Part shown: in pieces, positions 27,061 to 39,607 of the stretch
How the letters are laid out: each line of letters begins with the position of its first letter
How positions within the stretch are numbered: the stretch's first letter is position 1
Source: the human T2T-CHM13v2.0 reference genome, Homo sapiens
Reading direction: 5' to 3' (one strand)
Length of the DNA stretch: 64,000 bases
Assembly (NCBI RefSeq): GCF_009914755.1
Contig: NC_060926.1
The notes under the pieces: generated by a model
Told to the model about the DNA's origin: nothing
The model's input: only the letters and a program-made list of their open reading frames with translations
The model's database searches: none
Made by a program: the position numbers and the translations under genes

Positions 27061-28637
27061 CAAAATATGTCTGGGCCCAGATCAAGTGCAGATAGCTCAG
27101 AACTACGTGAACAGTGAAATTTAAAGAGTCAGAGAAAACTAAAAGTTACAAAGAAACACTCCCCACCACCATAAACCAGCCATCACAAACTGTAAGACTA
27201 CACACAATGTACCTCAAATTAAGATTACTATTTTCTTTTAAATAAAAAGCTTTACACATTTGATTTTAAGGTTAACAGTCAATAGAAAGCCATCTGCTAA
27301 AAACAAGAAAGGAAAACTGCCACAACCAAAATCACCTTTGCAATGGATTTTACAAACGAATACAAACTGTATCCTAGTTCTTGTTAAAATATTAAACACA
27401 AGAACCTAAAGTCCTTTTTAGCCTATCAAGAAAGCTTTGGACAAAATAATAGGACAACATGCACCCCAAAGATGAGACTTGGTCTTTTTTTTAAGAAGCT
27501 TAATTCACATTATTTTTCCATCATGAAAATATCTTTAGTTCTGTTTTAAGAATAATTTAAAATTCTGGAGTACTTAGAATTTTTCAAATGTAGTTTAAAT
27601 ATAGACAATTGATATCTTTCAACATATTTTATACAAATCATATATTGGAATGTAAACTTTCTTTTCAATTCTAGCTTTATATTCTATTAAAGGATTAAAC
27701 ACATTTTCAATTCAAAAACACTGTTTTGAGAAGAGTTTTCAAGTTAAAAGTCTGTGTATAGTATCCCTGAAACTTCTTGAAGTTTCCCTTTGGGTGCGCA
27801 ATTTTGAATCACCTGCTAATAAATGTGGTCGCTTACGGCCTTAGCCCCAGAATTCACTTTTTTGAGAAAGTGCAAAGAAACGTTGAATCTTTTTGCATCA
27901 TCTCATAAGAGGAGTTAATGATGTTTATAAAATAGAGAGAATTACCCTAAGTTATTGCCGCCTAAAATCACTTTCTATGCATGCCCTGTAGGCGGGTATT
28001 GTGTTTCAACTCAAATAGCATTTCACAGACCTAAGAATCTGAGCGTAGCTTTTTGTATACATCTAAGCGTCAGGACAGAGATAGTCCTTTTTGTGCCTTC
28101 CCCTTGAGCCTTTGCCCGGTTTCTCTGAAGCTGTGCTCTTTATTTGCAGTTTTAGAGAAGGCCCTTTCAACGCAACAGGCCGGTGGAGGAGGGGGAGAGA
28201 GGACTGTCTGGGCAGTGTCCTCACTTTGTTGGCCAGGAGGAAAAGTGAGAGCGTGGAAGTGTGGTGTTGAGGCTGCCTCACCTCTCTGGGAGGCATTTTC
28301 ACTGGGAAAGAACAGCAGCAACAGGCACAGTGGGGCAAAGAACACGAAAGGGAAAAAGATCAGCTGGCTCCTTCTAGGAGCCAGGCTGGAGAAGAGATTG
28401 CTACACTGCGGATGGCTCCTGCTTATGAAGGCAGCCTGTGCCAGGGCTGATCGCCCTAGGCCTGCTTGACAGCCCCGCCCGCTTCCTTCCTGCCTTCTCC
28501 ACGTGGCCGCAGCCCTGGCTCCTGGGAGTGCACAGTTCAGCCCCGCTTGCATCAGGGCGCTTCTTGCCCCTATGCACAGAGCGCTCCTGTGCCCAAGTTC
28601 GCCGGCTGTCTGGCTCTTTGTAACTCTTGATTTAGGA

Positions 28638-28681
<44 letters not shown>
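28638..28681. repeat. (TG)n microsatellite
   Basis: Read directly; one TT interruption. Confidence 0.95.
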
Positions 28682-28682
<1 letters not shown>

Positions 28683-28799
28683 GGTTTGTTTTGTTTTTTG
28701 TTGTTGTTGTTTTGAGACAGGGTCTCACTCTGGGGCCCAGGCCTGGGTGCAGTGGCTCGATCACAGCTCACTGGAGCCTTGAACTCCTGGGCTCAAGCG
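28682..28799 (-). mobile_element. Truncated FLAM/AluJ monomer
   Basis: 'tgagacagggtctcactctg...cagtggctcgatcacagctcactggagccttgaactcctgggctcaagcg'. Confidence 0.9.
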
Positions 28800-28949
28800 T
28801 TGTTTTAGTTCTTTGCAAGGCGCTGTGGAGTCTTCCCCCAGCGTATTTCCTATGGGTCTTGACAGCCGCCACCAAAACCCCAGAAGAAACTACCCCAGGC
28901 GGTGCAGGGTCTGGAGTTTGGGTTTGGCTGTTTGAGTGGTGGCTTTCTC

Positions 28950-29580
28950 CCACTTCCTCGCGTGGGAATGCGATGTCCCTTGCGCCCCACTCGGTGGCAC
29001 ATCCTCTCCATTTCTCCTCGCCTGCGACTGTGACAAGCCTGCGGCCGCACATTGTCAGCGATTGTGGGAAAGGGCCGCGAGCCTTTCCGCCGCTCCCGGC
29101 CGCCCTAATGAGGGAACAATCGGGCTACGCGGCGCTGGCGGCGGGGTCAGGCGCGGCGTCCCGCACAATGGGCGCGGCGCCCGAGCCCCTGACAGCGCCA
29201 TAAATTGGCCGTGCAAAGCCGAGCGCTAGGTGGTCCCCCCTGGAGAAAAGAGCCGCCGCCGAGGGCGCGAAAAGGCGAGTCCGGAAGCCCGCCAGGGAGC
29301 CAGTGGCGCGTTTTCCAGATCACCCTGTTGGAACTTAGCGTAGCAGAGGTCAGACGACAGGGACAATAGCAGGGTCCCTGGGTGAATTCCAGGAGGGAAG
29401 CTGAGCCCGGCTCCCAGGTCGAGCTGAATGAATGGGGTGGGAGCTGAAGTCGGGGAACCCAGGGGCGCCCCAGAGTCAGAAGGTCGCGGGGTCTCAGAGC
29501 TGGAGCCCCAGGAAGCCCAGGTCGAGGCCTCCACCCCTGCCCCGGAGAGAAAGGAAAGGCCCCCGGCCTGAGGGAGAGAT
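28950..29580. promoter_or_regulatory. CpG island not derived from a repeat; candidate promoter or enhancer
   Basis: Visibly very GC- and CpG-rich over ~600 bp (NotI site 29041, many GCGC/CGCG), with a weaker shoulder from ~28050; no codon-like exon with recognisable product. Confidence 0.88.
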
Positions 29581-30461
29581 TTCTGCTGCTCCCAGTCAGC
29601 TTTTCCCCCACTTTGTTTCTTTCTTCTTTATCTTTTTTTTTCTTTTTTAATATATTTTAGTACAGATCTTGTCAGACGGGGACAAGATGAGAAAATCACT
29701 AGATGTGGGTGTTGTTTCTCATGGAAGACATACATATAATGCAAAGTACCTTTTGAAGTGTTTTTATTTTAAACCAGAACAGTTTTCTAAGAGGAAAAAT
29801 GATTTTTTTTTCAATTTCAGAGAAATAAATGACATAAGGTTGCTCTTTCTGGTTTTTATTTAGCGTCAATATGCTCTTTTTTTTTTTTAATTTCTCCAGG
29901 GAACAGACAGAGAAATAGAGGGAGAGGGAGGGCTGGAGAGAGAGGGATTCTTATATGAGGATTTCAGTGAGCTTTTAACTGGAAAAAATGTATGTTAAAA
30001 AGAGTTAGACAAAATAATATTGATAAACGTAGCCAGATATCTGGTTTTCATAGGGTGATTCAGGAGTTTCTGTTTATTGCAGGCTTGGAGCTGCCAAACT
30101 CCTTAGCCAGTCATGTTCTCCCCAAACTCATGAATTTCAATCAAATGAGCCCAAAGAGTTGATTGCTAGACATGGTAACTATTTACCTCTGAAATTGTGT
30201 TTGCACATGCTGAGGTTGAAGGAAGTTCTCTTTTTCTTAATTATTTTGGAAGTCAGAATATGACCATGTAGAGGACAAAGAGTTGAACACAGGACAGGTG
30301 ATGAGAGTGTGGGTGATTTACTACTACCCTAAGCAAGAACACATTCTGCTGGGTGCTGAGCCTTTGAGGGCACCCCAAGCCCCATATCCTCTTTAAGATT
30401 TCCAAATCACATCACACAGGGACTCGCACAAGGCCCAAGCTATGCTATTAAAAGTGAGAAG

Positions 30462-30905
<444 letters not shown>

Positions 30906-32679
30906 TCAGCGACAAGAAGTGAGCAGAGGGGATGCTCTGTGATGTTGCTTGTTCAACCTGATTCCCTCCACCCTCCCAGAGGCAGGGGAACCCCCGTCCC
31001 CCGCCAACCCACAGTGATAACATCTCTCAGGCTTCCTCCTTTGTTGGGTACAGAGGAGGTAGCCACACACAAAAAAAGGGGTGGTGGGTAGGTAGGGAAG
31101 GGGGAACTATAAATAATCCAAAGAGGTGGCTAGAAAGGCAGAGAGGACATGATGCGAGAGAGAAAGTTTATGCTTTCATATAAAAGGCATGAGCCACTTG
31201 ACTTAGGGTAATCTGAAGGATCTTTCGTTTGTTTGATTGATTTTCCTTTTTGATTATTCTCTGAAATCTGAAGTCTAGGGTTGCCTAAAAGATGGTGAGT
31301 TCTTCTTATCTCCAATTTTTCCTGAGGTAGGAAGAACACCATGGAATAAGGAGAAAGGAGATACAAGTAGCCTCTCCAGGAAGAATGTGACTGAATACTT
31401 TTTATACAAAACCACAAAATTAGATAAATATGTATTTAAGTGTTATTCCTGAAAGCTGGAGAAAGAAATCTTACTTCTAAGGTAAGTCGGATTAAGTTTC
31501 TCTGTTAATCTGATTATGTTTGAATACATGTGACTTGCTTCCTGAGGGTGGGTAAGAATTGATAACTTCTTGGAGCAGAGGGTTACTAAAAAACCATTCG
31601 GAGGCAAAAAGAACATGGTGTATGTTCTAAATTAGGGTCCTAAATTAAGTTGAACAACAATTCTGTTCATATCCTTCATGTTCTTTCCAAAGATCCCTAT
31701 TAAAATTACATTTTTAAATAATTTACATAAAAGAGAAGCTAAAACTATATCTTTTAAAATGTAGGGAAACTATCCACAAACAGTATTCTAAATAGGACAA
31801 ACACAAAATTTCTTTAAAATGGAAAATGGGGGCATGAGAGAAGGAGGAGATAGGAATTTCTAAGTTATAGCATGTTATTCTTTCTGAATACAGTATTGAT
31901 TTTGACATCCACAAAATCAATATGGAAACATACACACATGCAAAGTTCCCAAACTCCCCCCAAAATCTTATCTTGAAAACAATACTAGTCTACACTTTAA
32001 GAAAACGTTGCAAAGGATAATTCATTCTGTTCTTTGATTACTTAAAGCTGGAAAATCCTTTTCCACTAATAACCTGTTATTTCAACAGTTGAATTAGTAT
32101 AGTGCTATACTATTTAACAGTTTTGTAGTACCTGGGGTTGTTAAAAAAATTGTAGTGCCAAAATAAATTTGAAGGATCACCTGGAATTAATATCCCTACA
32201 GACTTTGCACTGTATACTGTTTAGTCACTCTCAACAATTACAAAGACTTTGAAATCACAGCACTTATTTGTGATACTACTACTATTTCTTCTTCACCTCT
32301 TATTATGTAAATATAAGTGAGTGTACAGAAGTACATAGTTTTCCTTTTCACTTGAGTGCATTTCCCATCCCTTAAGGGAAAAGACAAGATACACTTTTGG
32401 ATTCTTCAATTGCCATTCAATTGTTTTCCATGTAAAAAGCTTGAGTGATTTCTCTGTTTCCCGGCTATTTCCAAGTTGTTGGAATAATACATTTAAGTAA
32501 GAGAAGGAAAAAATAGAAGAAAAGATATTATTATTCTAACCTTGTATTATAAGCATGTCACATGTTCTTAAAGAATTGTTTAGCGAAGGAATAAGAAAAT
32601 GTGATGCTTGGAAGAAAAAACACACTGCCGAGAGGCCTTGCGCTGAGTGTGCTGAACAATAGACAACCTCTAAGGATGC

Positions 32680-32880
32680 TCGCCTGCAATTCCGGCTCTG
32701 CCATCAATTCACTGTATGCCTTTGGGTAAGTCACTTAACCTTTCTGAGTCTCAGTTTCCCCATGGGCAAAATGGTGGTTATTATAATAACCCTCTTACCT
32801 GTATTTTGCAAAGAACAATGATTACAAATGAATGCAAATCATCTTGTGTGTGTTAAGAATGACATACAAGTGCTAAGAAA
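32680..32880 (+). mobile_element. MIR
   Basis: 'ttccggctctgccatcaattcactgtatgcctttgggtaagtcacttaacctttctgagtctcagtttccccatgggcaaaatgg'. Confidence 0.85.
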
Positions 32881-33559
32881 TAGCATAAGCTTGTAGTTCA
32901 CAATACACTTTTCAAGAAACAACAGGCAGATGTTGCAAGCATAGAATGATAACAAGAATTAGGGACCACCAAACCAATTACAACCAAGGGAATCCTTTAG
33001 AAAAAATTCTTGAGTCACTGGACCAAAATGGCCAAGTGGGAAGGGAGAATTAACTCTCATTTTTTAATTTAAATTATTATCAGAAATAATGTTGGGGTAA
33101 CAAACCATAACATATACTTAGTTTGAGTTAGTCTAAAATTCTTCTAGAAATATTGATTGAGCGTTACATGTTTTCTATGTGGAAAGCAAATACACAACTA
33201 AGAGAAGGTATTTCATGTAAAAAAAAAAAACAGGATGTCTTGTTTAGGATTTATAATGCGTATCTTGTTCTGTAATGCAGGAAGATTTCACAGGTAGCTT
33301 TTTAAAAGAATGAAAGAACATGTAATGATTAACTAAAAGTATTCAGTAATGCTTTACTTTAGTTTGGACCTAAGTGGAACATTCTTTATTTGTACTGTAT
33401 TTTTTAATAAAATTGAATACTTGACATGCAATAACCTATGCTTTTGCATCCACATTTACTTCTGAAGAATCAAAATTTTCAGGTTTAAAAACAAGTTATA
33501 TCTAAAAGCACACTTAAAGTCGTATACAGTCATATATTCTCTTTAATTGAATCTCAAAG

Positions 33560-34095
33560 ATGAAAAAATGACAAATGAAGAGCATATAATATGACAGCAA
33601 AAGTTTAATAACCTACACACAGACAGAATTATTACAAATCAATAAGACAAACAAGTCAGTAGGAAAAGACAGTTGGAATGAACAAGCAATTAGAAAAAAT
33701 AATAAATACAATGTCTAACTCACATGAAAAAGTATTTAATCTAAATAATAAACTAACATAAATACTCTGTGCTATACATCAGGTAGTAGATGAATGAATA
33801 CATTGATACTTTCTGAAGAAACAACCAGAAGTAACTATCATACACTATAAAAAGTGCTGTGCCTTTATCTCAACCACTTCATTTCTTGGAATTTGTGGTT
33901 AAAAAAAAATCATCATTATTATTATTATTGTACCCTAAGATTTAACTATGGGGATAAATATTACAGCATCATTAAATTGAGTAAATGGGAACAATTCTAA
34001 GTGTGCGACACTGGAGCAGTTGGTTAAATACACTATGATATGTGTATACCATGCAATATTATAAAGCTGATAGAAAAGACGCTGTGATGGAGAGG
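33560..34095 (+). mobile_element. Highly degenerate L1M(E) fragment
   Basis: 'gaattattacaaatcaataagacaaacaag...atgaacaagcaatt', 'caaccacttcatttcttggaattt', 'gttaaatacactatgatat' resemble old L1 3' region. Confidence 0.5.
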
Positions 34096-34102
34096 AATGA
34101 AA

Positions 34103-34790
34103 TGTCAGGCAGGATAGGGTAGAGTATGCTGTAACATAACAAAAACACAAAAATGTTAGAGGCTTATAACAACCAAGGTTTAGTGCTCATCATATTCCAG
34201 GTCCCTCTTGGCAGCAGGGAGCTCTGCTCCGCATCCCCTCACTGTGTGACCCAAGAATACAACAGCCACCATCTCAAACAAGGCTGCACTGCAGCAGAGT
34301 CAAAGAGCGCTCCAAGCTGGCCTCCCCAACCAAGTAGCCACTTGGCGCATGTTGCTATTGAGTACTTGGAATGGGGCTTGGGTGAATTGAGATTGCTGTA
34401 AGTGCTAAATACATATCTCATTGCCAAGACTTTGTCCAAATAACAATAGTAATTATAAAAGGATATAAAATAACCTCAATAATTTTATATTGATTTCATG
34501 TTGAAATTGTATTTTAAATATCTTATGTTAAAGAAGATACATTGTTAAAATTAATTTCACCTGTTTCTTTTACATTTTTAATGTGTTACTAGAAACTTGA
34601 AAATTACACATCTGACTTAAGTCTGTGGGAGCCACAGTGCTCTAGAGGGTCTTGCACTGGCAATTGAATGCTGCACCTCATTGGCTAGAATCAGTCACAT
34701 GACCACACCCAATCTCAGGAAGGCCAGAAAATGCAATCCCACAATGCAGCTGGAAGACAGCTAACTGGAAATCAATGCTGAGAAGTCCTA
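34103..34790 (-). mobile_element. Old MaLR LTR (MLT1K/L-like) interrupted by a hAT-Charlie element
   Basis: 'tgtcaggcaggatagggtagagtatgctgtaacataac', resuming with 'ctctagagggtcttgcactggcaattgaatgc...cattggctagaatcagtcacatgaccacacccaa'. Confidence 0.7.
34317..34639. mobile_element. MER33-like hAT-Charlie non-autonomous DNA transposon
   Basis: 'gtagccacttggcgcatgttgctattgagtacttggaatg', 'attttatattgatttcatgttgaaat', 'aaaattaatttcacctgtttcttttac...gaaaattacacatctgact'; adjoins Charlie-type target ctctagag. Confidence 0.75.
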
Positions 34791-35052
34791 AGAAATGCCA
34801 CAGGAAGAGAAAGAGGCAGGGGGCCGGCAGAGGCCAGAACAAATTTTGGAAAGTATATTTAAGATCATCTGGGTTAAATACGTGTTACCCGACATCCAAA
34901 AATTACTTGGAAAGCCCTTGAGAATACCTCCAGGATCTAAGCAGTCAACCTCTAAAGCAACCATTAATAAAATGGAGTCATGAGACTGCCCTATAACAGC
35001 TTGTGGAGAAAGAAATGTCTCGCATATCACAATAGTGTGGACAAAGAAGATC

Positions 35053-35352
35053 AGCAACAATTTGGGCAAAATACATACACACACGCACATACACACACAC
35101 ACACACACACAAAGACAGACATTCGCTAACTTTGGTTTGCTATTGAGCTGCTTCTTATCTGGGCAATTCTACATAGTACACTCTAGGATACCAAGCAACT
35201 ATTTGGGCAAAATACGCACATACACATACAAATACACACATACACATACAAACACACACACACACATACACAGGCAGACATTCGCACACTTTGATTTGCT
35301 ATTGAGCTGCTTCTTATCTGGGCTACTCTGTGTAGTACACTCCGTGGTGAGA
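35053..35352. repeat. Two-copy tandem duplication (141 and 159 bp), each copy containing a CA-rich microsatellite
   Basis: Both copies: agcaac[a/t]atttgggcaaaatac-(CA-rich)-cagacattcgc..actttg.tttgctattgagctgcttcttatctgggc..tct....tagtacactc. Confidence 0.93.
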
Positions 35353-35644
35353 AGCAACAGGGATTTATTGATTGATCAGTCAATGAGTATTGTTCTCCTG
35401 AGAAAAGCTGAGAGGTCGGCAAGTGCACGCAAATGTGCAGGTATGTCCGTAAGTATTGAAAACCCTGAAATACACACTCCAAAAACTACACCATCATTGT
35501 CACTGGATACCGGAATCCCATGTGATTTTAAATTCTTTTTCCTTATCTTTATTTTCAGATCATCTACAAGACATGAATGATGTTCAGAATTACTTGTCAT
35601 GCCCTTTGCTTGGGGCTGAAAACAAGATGCAGTCACACAGATTT

Positions 35645-35868
35645 CAATGGAGTGTGTACTCTAGAGGCAGACTGCCTGGGATCAAAATGCTTGCAGTATA
35701 ACCATTGACAGCTTCCATAACTTATCTCTTCCCAGGTTAATCAACCTGTAAAATGGGGTAATATCTGCTCCTCCCTCATAGGGTTGTGCATAAAAATCTC
35801 ATGAGATTATAGGTGTAGAGAGGTGAGAACCCACAGAAACCTTTCCATAAATGCTACCTATTATTATT
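35645..35868 (+). mobile_element. MIR
   Basis: 'actctagaggcagactgcctgggatcaaa...cctgtaaaatggggtaata...ctcatagggttgtg...ataaatgctacctattattatt'. Confidence 0.8.
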
Positions 35869-38800
35869 AAATTCTAGCTTTCTTTCAGTTTTCAAATTTA
35901 AAGTAAAGACTAAAATCAGCTGAGATATACTGCAATCTCCAGCTAATGTTTGGAGAAGCATTAGTAGTATTCCCTTCATCTTTCCTCATCCCCTCCTTTT
36001 AAAGAACTCTAACTGGGAACATGCATTTATTTCCCTCATATCTGTACAAGCCATTGATTTGCCAGGAGAGAAATACAAAGACTTTCACATTTTTGCTGCT
36101 CTCTCTCCTGAATTAATACTCCACTTCTGAATTTAAGGCAGCAAAACTCCATTCAGTGTTTTAAGAGTGGGTAAAATATATAGAAATGAGAATAGCTTTG
36201 ACAAGTTAACATCCATGTGAATGAGACTAGAGAAATAACATTCTGTATATGAGTGCTTTTCTTCTAAATCATCTTACCAACTTTCAAGTGATTAGACAAT
36301 TTTGTTTCATTCCCTTCAAACTTACAAATTAATATTTTTAAGAGATGGAGTTAATAACCAGTTAAAAACTATAAAGGCTTCCTCAATTGAAGGTCGGAGC
36401 TTTGCTATCTAAAACTGACTTAGAGTTACAATAAAAATAGCAATATCATGAAATGCTATATTTGTATTTCTCAGTTCAATTGCTTTTTATTTTCAAACAG
36501 TATGCAACTAAGACATGCCTGAGTGAAGTTTCCTAGGAGCCAGATAATTAATCCAACATTTATCTGAAATGCTGAACTAACTTGCATAATTCTTCAAATG
36601 AATATCACACCTTCGATGGGGACATACAAATTGTTTCAACCTGAGGCTTGAAAATATGTGTCATAAAGCATTCTGATTTATCAAGAACACGTTGTAATTT
36701 GTTGCATTTGGAATGTAGCTACCTAACTTCCTGAATATTTTAATAAAATACCTGTAAAATTACACAATCAAAACTATACCTCCACCAAGCAAAGTGACAG
36801 AGATGGTACTAACATCAACAAAAAGGTAAGAGAATGGTAAATTTCAAAAGGTTCTAGCTGTTTCCGTACTCTCTGTACTCTTACCGTGAAATCAAGCGCT
36901 GAAAAAGATTCTAGGCTTAAAATTCAATTAAAGCAAACACTTTTGACAATTATTTTACTATTTGATGTAAAAAAATAGATTTTTTTGTCTAGTGCTTTAG
37001 TTCTTTGCCTCTTTTTAATTTTTTCTTATGTATGGTTTTATTTTAAAGTTCCACTGAGGCAATATACATATGCCAGGCAGAAAATGCAGATATTAAGGGA
37101 TTTTATTCATAACAGGCTAAATTTGTCTCTTGTGAAAGATAAAAACACTTTAAAGTTGATGAGTCTATGATTTTAAGTAAAATCCTCATTCAAATGTGAT
37201 TGCTTTATAGGTTTAACTCTGGTCAGAGCAATTTGTGTTCTTTCTATATATTACTCCAACTATAATAAAGCTGTTTATGCAAATGTGAAATTGTTGCTAT
37301 TGCAGAATCTTTCCAACCATGTAAGGTTGTAATGTTAAATTCCCATTCACGATCAAAATTCCACATATTTACAACCTGCAAACATCCCAAATTCACACTT
37401 CAACATCTGTGTGGCTGCCAACTTCTACTGAAATCTGTAGCATGCTTTTTTAGAAGTGGAGGAAAAAAGAATAAAAAACCTGAGGTAAGTGCAAATCAAT
37501 AATGATGCTAAATATTTACCAAATGTTTGTTATGAAATATATTTTATTAATTGATAACACTTAGAAACTGATTAGGGATGCAAAAGCCTTAAAAAGTTTG
37601 CAGAATTTTTATAGCAGACTGTGGTTCATGAATTTAAAGCATGCCAAAAACACACGACATGCACAATTCTTGAACACAAGCCTTAAAAGTTTTTTCATTT
37701 ACAATATTCAATTTCTCCAAATTCCTTTTATTATACAAACTTTGAAATTGTTCTGATAATGAGTATTGCTGCACTCTTAATAAAACCTTTGTCTTCTCAT
37801 ATTCTGTCTCATTGAAAAAGTCAAAAGTTCTGTCATATCTAGTATGCTAAATACCTTCAAAGTAAATAACTTAAAATAATGTATAATATTTTCCCAGATC
37901 TTTTAAAAATAGTTTAAGTAATGTTTCATGTTTCTGCACATGTTAACTGGATTATGAATTAGTATTTTAATGGGATTATGAATTATTAAAACTCAGACCA
38001 TAGTATCCATAGACAACTCAATTTCTTTTCAGACTGTTTGTTTATCACATCTGTTATTCCTTCAACTGTATTCTGGTCCCTCTGAATTTGGAGGTATTTG
38101 AGGAAGTCGATAGGTTTTGCAGGGAAAGTGAGTAAAATGGTAGGCTGCTCCAACACAAGAGCCAGTTGCTGCCTTTTGGAGGAAAAGGAATTACAAGTTA
38201 CACACAAAAAATGACTGTGTGCTACTCTGCTGCACATCTGGTCACTCTGGAGGGTCTTACTCTGCTTCGATGCTTGCACCATGATGTCCTCAAGTGACTA
38301 TGGCTCTCTACCCTGGAATCTTTCTATTCTCTAGTCCGTTCCCTACAAGACTCAGTTAGAGATACCTCCTCCATCGGGGCTGCCTTGTCTATTATCCCAT
38401 ACTTAACCACTGTATTTCAAGGACAGCTATCATTTCCCCTGAATAACATGTTGTAGTCTTATTTCTGCCAGTAAATCTGTGTTGCCCTTCATCATGTGGT
38501 CTTTCTGAGCCTCAGTTTGCTCATTTGTAAAACATGAATACCTTATAATAATAAGTAACATCTTCCTTGTTATTTGGCCATTATTACTTTTGTAAATTCC
38601 ACTGCACCTCCTTCACTCACGAGTAATTTTTGCATAAATGACTAAATGCACATGGAATATTCAGACAAGGAAGCTATATCACTGCATTCTGCTGATGCAC
38701 AGTTTTGTTATGTTTTGTTTTGATTTTTTTTTGGTTGTATCTTACAACCAAGTAAAAATAAACACTACTGGGATGTTGAGGCCCAAATGCAGTAGAAATA

Positions 38801-39304
38801 AATAGGAGGCGATGCATTTTAGTTTGAAAATCAGTTCCAGAGTACAGTATTTATACATCTGAGAGGCATTTGTATTAAGCACCCACAAGGTCCAGGCTGG
38901 GCTCTGATGACACAAAGATTTTTTTTAAAAGTCCCAATACCTAATAAGCTCACAGGCTTACAGTATTGGCAAGAGGGAAGTGAGAGATGATGGACGTTTA
39001 AAAAATACAGTACACATTTCAATCAATACTGTGAGAGACTTGAGTACGTATTCTATGAGAGCACAAGAAATGGAGAAACTAATTTTACCCCTGGGAGGGT
39101 GGGTGCAAGCTGGGGAAGCCTGAGAGGATTCTGAAAGCGGAAAAAGCGGTCAGGCATTTGACTAGTAGTGGCTGCTAGCCTTGATTCACCCAGCTTCTTG
39201 CTAAGATAATTATGAAGACGGGGAAGATAAGAATTTATACTATCACCAGCTAATAAGTAACAGATAGTAAGTTGCAGAGCCCATCAAGCCAGGATCATCC
39301 TACG

Positions 39305-39607
39305 TTTTTTTGGTGGGGGAAGGGGGGAACGGAGTCTCGCTCTGTCGCCCAGGCTGGAGTGCAGTGGTGCGATCTCGGCTTACTGCAAGCTCCGCTTTCC
39401 GGGTTCACGCCATTCTCCTGCCTCAGCCTCCTGAGTAGCTGGGACTACAGGCGCCCGCCACCACGTCTGGCTAATTTTTTTGTATTTTTAGTAGAGAATA
39501 GGTTTCACCGAGTTAGCCAGGATGGTCTCGATCTCCTGACCTCATGATCCGCCCGCCTCGGCCTCCCAAAGTGCTGGGATTACAGGCATGAGCCACCGCG
39601 CCCAGCC
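39305..39607 (-). mobile_element. AluY with atypical C-rich tail
   Basis: AluY diagnostics 'gcaagctccgc', 'gggttcacgccattctcc', 'ttagccaggatggtctcgatctcc'; catcctac at 39296-39303 and 39612-39619. Confidence 0.95.

Noticed and set aside
29221-29236. CTCF-like gcgctaggtggtcc in the island
   Set aside because: Mismatches at key positions of the core; not supportable without a PWM scan or ChIP data.
28070-29650. Several 130-233-aa ORFs around the CpG island
   Set aside because: They run through a FLAM fragment and (TG)n or reflect stop-codon scarcity in GC-rich DNA; no recognisable protein.
35053-35358. CRISPR-like repeat-spacer pattern
   Set aside because: Only two long copies, the variable parts are CA microsatellites, the DNA is primate and there are no cas genes.
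35035-35580. 181-aa ORF with internal repeat and HT runs
   Set aside because: Product of the tandem duplication and CA microsatellites.
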